A stretch of DNA of 63,953 nucleotides, the filler included, from Lama guanicoe (lineage: Eukaryota), in the NCBI GenBank assembly GCA_013239625.1. It is 189 parts of 189 records of this genome, joined end to end, with 100 filler letters (N's around TTAATTAATTAA, not from the genome) between each part and the next. Parts side by side here need not be neighbours in the genome. Positions count along the whole stretch, not along the records: positions 59,986 to 60,224 come from PNXV01046112.1; positions 60,325 to 60,563 come from PNXV01046113.1; positions 60,664 to 60,902 come from PNXV01046114.1; positions 61,003 to 61,241 come from PNXV01046115.1; positions 61,342 to 61,580 come from PNXV01046116.1; positions 61,681 to 61,919 come from PNXV01046117.1; positions 62,020 to 62,258 come from PNXV01046118.1; positions 62,359 to 62,597 come from PNXV01046119.1; 181 more parts are not named here. One strand, 5' to 3'. A program made the translations under genes and the position numbers. Shown one piece after another: positions 60,201 through 63,953 of this stretch (positions within the stretch are counted from its first letter, which is position 1; each line of letters starts with the position of its first letter). The notes below the pieces were generated by a model, which was not told the DNA's origin, did no database searches, and saw nothing but the letters and a program-made list of their open reading frames with translations.

Positions 60201-61341
60201 TTGTTTGTCGAGTTGGACAGATTCNNNNNNNNNNNNNNNNNNNNNNNNNNNNNNNNNNNNNNNNNNNNTTAATTAATTAANNNNNNNNNNNNNNNNNNNN
60301 NNNNNNNNNNNNNNNNNNNNNNNNTCGGGGCTGCTGGCCGTGCCTGGGTTGTGCAAACCAAGCAGGAGGAGCTCCTGGGCTCCAAGCAGCTGGCTCTGGC
60401 TGGGCCATCGTCTCCCTCGTGCACGGGGCGGGGCTGCTTCTCCTGCGCGGTCCTCGCAGCTGGCAAAGTCCTGGAGCGGGCAGATGCTCGTGGGTTCCCC
60501 ATGTGTTCTTTACCCCCTAAGGGAGGCAGGGCCGGCTGAGAACTGAGGCTCAGAGACAGTGATNNNNNNNNNNNNNNNNNNNNNNNNNNNNNNNNNNNNN
60601 NNNNNNNTTAATTAATTAANNNNNNNNNNNNNNNNNNNNNNNNNNNNNNNNNNNNNNNNNNNNAATGTACTCCTAGTCCTCAGTTTCAATTTATTCACTT
60701 CCCTAATAGTATCTATTAAGTGCTCATGTGCCAAGGCTGCTTCCAGGAACACGGCAAACTGAGAATCTGAAAAACTTCCAGCCGCAAAACCCACAGAAAC
60801 ACTGGATAAATATAAAAGAAACCGTTTAAATAGGGGAAAAATACCCAGGGGACGTCAAAGTAGGAGGGAAATCAAAGTCTGTCCGTGGAGTTACCTTCTC
60901 AANNNNNNNNNNNNNNNNNNNNNNNNNNNNNNNNNNNNNNNNNNNNTTAATTAATTAANNNNNNNNNNNNNNNNNNNNNNNNNNNNNNNNNNNNNNNNNN
61001 NNTCTCTCTACTCTTTGGCCAAAACAAACCCCATTCCTCCTACAGACAAAATACACCAATGCTCACCCCACCAACCACTCACAAGTTCTGCTCCGTCATG
61101 GTCAAAATCCAAGCTCTCATTCTGTAAACGTGGCCTTGGGTGGATAAGTCTCCTTGCCCATGTTTCCTGAAGAGTGTTCCTCCCACCTCAAACCCTGAGG
61201 TCAGTGTGAGGGGCAGTGGGGTACAGACCCTCTGTGGACACNNNNNNNNNNNNNNNNNNNNNNNNNNNNNNNNNNNNNNNNNNNNTTAATTAATTAANNN
61301 NNNNNNNNNNNNNNNNNNNNNNNNNNNNNNNNNNNNNNNNN

Positions 61342-61580
61342 AATTTTTGAAGAACCTCCATACTGTTCTCCCCAGTGGCTGCACCAGTTTACATTCTTGT
61401 CATCAGTGTGCAAGTTTTCCCTTTTCTCCACATTCTCATCAACATTTGTTATTTCTTGGTTTTTTTGTTTTGTTTTGTTTTTGAGAATAGCCATTCTAAT
61501 GGGTGTGAAGTAACTCTTTGTGGTTTTGAGATGTATTTCCCTGATGATTAGTGATGTTGAGCTCCCCTTCATGTACTTGG
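61342..61580 (-). mobile_element. LINE-1 ORF2 C-terminal fragment
   Basis: SSTSLIIREIHLKTT..YFTPIRMAI; gaagaacctccatactgttctccccagtggctgcacc. Confidence 0.9.
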
Positions 61581-62019
61581 NNNNNNNNNNNNNNNNNNNN
61601 NNNNNNNNNNNNNNNNNNNNNNNNTTAATTAATTAANNNNNNNNNNNNNNNNNNNNNNNNNNNNNNNNNNNNNNNNNNNNCCTTTACAAAGAAGCATTTT
61701 TGGGTAAAATTATCACCAAACATGTGATAAACTGTGGGTGACTCTGTGACACTGTAACTTAAGATGATAACATCAATGTTAAAAAAATTGAAAGCAAGGG
61801 AGATGGATGATGTACGAAAAATGCTGAGAGCAGAGTTATGTATTGTTTACCCTAAGACCACCAACAACTTACCCTCTTGGAAAACAAAAGTTATTTAAAA
61901 TCATGAAAGTTGTATACACNNNNNNNNNNNNNNNNNNNNNNNNNNNNNNNNNNNNNNNNNNNNTTAATTAATTAANNNNNNNNNNNNNNNNNNNNNNNNN
62001 NNNNNNNNNNNNNNNNNNN

Positions 62020-62165
62020 AGACGTGAAGGGAGCAAATGCTGTTGGAAAAAATGGTGCCCACAGACTTGTTTGACATGGTTGTCACAAACGTTTAATTTG
62101 TAAAACAACACAGTATCTTCAAATAACAATACAGGAAATTAAAATAAATTGAGATCTGCTTCTAC
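62020..62165. mobile_element. Tigger1 terminal fragment
   Basis: gagcaaatgctgttggaaaaaatggtgcccacagacttgtttgacatggttgtcacaaacgtttaatttgtaaaa matches the recalled Tigger1 end. Confidence 0.75.
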
Positions 62166-63375
62166 TGTGTTATCAACTGTAGTCACCATGTTATTCATTA
62201 GATTCTGGGACCTTATTCACCTTATAACTGAAGGCTTGTACTCTTTTACCAATCTCTCNNNNNNNNNNNNNNNNNNNNNNNNNNNNNNNNNNNNNNNNNN
62301 NNTTAATTAATTAANNNNNNNNNNNNNNNNNNNNNNNNNNNNNNNNNNNNNNNNNNNNCGGGAAAACTACAACCCGGAACAGACTGCCCCGGGACCAGGA
62401 AACAGACAGGAGAGAGAGTGTGCTTCCTCCATCCTTCAACCCCACCAGCCAGTGGAGAAGGCAAGTGGTTTGCAGAGTCCCAGCCCAGCACCACAGGACA
62501 GAGTACAGGGAGCAGGTTAGGCGCTCAGGGACAGTCCTTCATAATCGGCACACCTGCCAGCTTTCTTCCCTCCTGCCTGATGCTGGAAACCAGGGGGNNN
62601 NNNNNNNNNNNNNNNNNNNNNNNNNNNNNNNNNNNNNNNNNTTAATTAATTAANNNNNNNNNNNNNNNNNNNNNNNNNNNNNNNNNNNNNNNNNNNNAAA
62701 AAAAAATCAACAAACACAAAGACAAGAGAGGTAGAGGAGTTTTGGGTGATGTAAACTCTAAGCCTTGATTTTAAGGCAGATTCCTCAATAGTCTAAGTCA
62801 CAAATAATAACATCCTCAACTTACTGAGAGGAAGCTGGGACTGAGAGGCCGCAAGATCTGAGGCTACCGGGCCCAGAAGAGAAGAAAGTGAGCCAAGTTC
62901 TTCCCGTGGCTCCACCTGCTGTCTTAATTGAGTCCCNNNNNNNNNNNNNNNNNNNNNNNNNNNNNNNNNNNNNNNNNNNNTTAATTAATTAANNNNNNNN
63001 NNNNNNNNNNNNNNNNNNNNNNNNNNNNNNNNNNNNTTGCTCCTGAGTGAAGAGGACGGGCGCCCTGTGCCGTACCCGCCCGGCGCTCCCCTTTCCTCGG
63101 AGCAGCCGCGGTTCCTCCAGCGGAATTACGTTCATCTGTTGACACAGTCCGGGCAGATGCGGTCGAGGGCTGCCCCTTCTCCTGTACAGAGCAGGCCCAC
63201 GGCCCCAACCAAGCCGACCACGTCTTCCTTCCAAGGACTGTGAATATGAAACAGAGACACTAAGAGAGGATGGCTNNNNNNNNNNNNNNNNNNNNNNNNN
63301 NNNNNNNNNNNNNNNNNNNTTAATTAATTAANNNNNNNNNNNNNNNNNNNNNNNNNNNNNNNNNNNNNNNNNNNN

Positions 63376-63590
63376 AAGGGCTCTAATTCTTCTACATCCT
63401 TACCAATGCTTATGTATTTTTTTTAGGCATTGTACTGGGTTTGAAGTGATTTCTCATAATTTTGATTTGCACTTACCTAATGATGAATGACATTTTTGTG
63501 ATGATGAACGTTTTTCTCATTTGTGCATCTTCTTTGGAGAAATGTTTATTCAAATCTTTTCCTCATTTAAAATTGGGTTGTCTTAACAAT
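63376..63590 (-). mobile_element. Old LINE-1 fragment
   Basis: ttttgatttgcacttacctaatgatgaatga...catcttctttggagaaatgtttattcaaatcttt. Confidence 0.8.
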
Positions 63591-63953
63591 ATTTAGTCTC
63601 CAACTGATGAACATNNNNNNNNNNNNNNNNNNNNNNNNNNNNNNNNNNNNNNNNNNNNTTAATTAATTAANNNNNNNNNNNNNNNNNNNNNNNNNNNNNN
63701 NNNNNNNNNNNNNNATTTCCAAACAGGCAGGGCTTAGGGGCAGCCATCTGGTTGGAAGGGGGACTCGGGTACTTGAACTAGAGCTGCCTCGGCGGGGCGG
63801 GACCCTGGACGCCACGGAGGTGTGCGCTAGTCCGGGACGGCTTCAGGGAGGGGAGGTAGGTACTGGAGGGAACCTGAAGGGTCCCAGCCCTCGGTCCCTC
63901 GTTCCTCATGAACAAGGCAACCCTACGGCTAGGATGTGGCAGCCGCGTGACGG

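Larger units (their letters stand above)
239..63714. other. Artificial scaffold linkers (about 188 copies): N44-TTAATTAATTAA-N44 joining unrelated 238-239 bp contigs
   Basis: An identical 100-bp unit recurs every 338-339 bp (first 239-338, core 283-294; last 63615-63714). The core is palindromic with TAA in all three frames on both strands. Confidence 0.99.

Noticed and set aside
62359..62400. ZNF143/ETS-like promoter motif (aaactacaacccggaa)
   Set aside because: Only a partial match at a contig edge, with no supporting CpG island.
678..63243. Most ORF-track entries, including the shared C-terminal XXXX-LIN / -N 'motif'
   Set aside because: They run through Ns and end in the linker, so LIN and N are translations of TTAATTAATTAA. 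Many also begin at GTG/TTG/ATT starts that are irrelevant in mammals.
239..63714. Regularly spaced palindromic repeat with unique equal-length 'spacers', superficially like a CRISPR array or novel repeat system
   Set aside because: The repeat sits inside fixed N44 pads, is a six-frame stop linker, and separates unrelated mammalian fragments. No cas genes are present. It is a bioinformatic construct.
63715..63953. GC-box-containing, moderately CpG-rich segment as a promoter
   Set aside because: A single GGGGCGGG and modest CpG density, with no exon or TSS evidence.

Overview
This window is not contiguous genome. It is an artificial concatenation of about 189 unrelated 238-239 bp contigs, each separated by a fixed 100-bp linker (N44-TTAATTAATTAA-N44) that has stop codons in all six frames. 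Adjacency between contigs has no biological meaning, and most ORF-track entries ending in X/LIN/N are linker artefacts. The DNA is mammalian, most likely camelid, based on Vic-1-type tRNA-derived SINEs and camelid-type L1 3' ends. Recognisable gene fragments are BTBD6 and PLA2G12A start-codon exons, a type II keratin exon-1 end, a divergent RNASE1-like C-terminus, a MUC2 CysD domain, a WC1/CD163L-family transmembrane exon, an ME1 exon, a MAGE-A domain, degenerate C2H2 zinc fingers and an intronless CKB copy. The rest is L1, L2, MIR, LTR and DNA-transposon fragments plus unique non-coding DNA. Three near-identical adjacent contig pairs look like de Bruijn bubble arms (k about 49). I found no credible novel multi-gene system. 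The best leads are the unusual RNase1 paralogue, the CKB retrocopy, the WC1 exon, a PLA2G12A uORF and a Tigger2 fossil with extreme AT-to-GC bias. All gene and repeat identities come from recalled sequences, not database searches.
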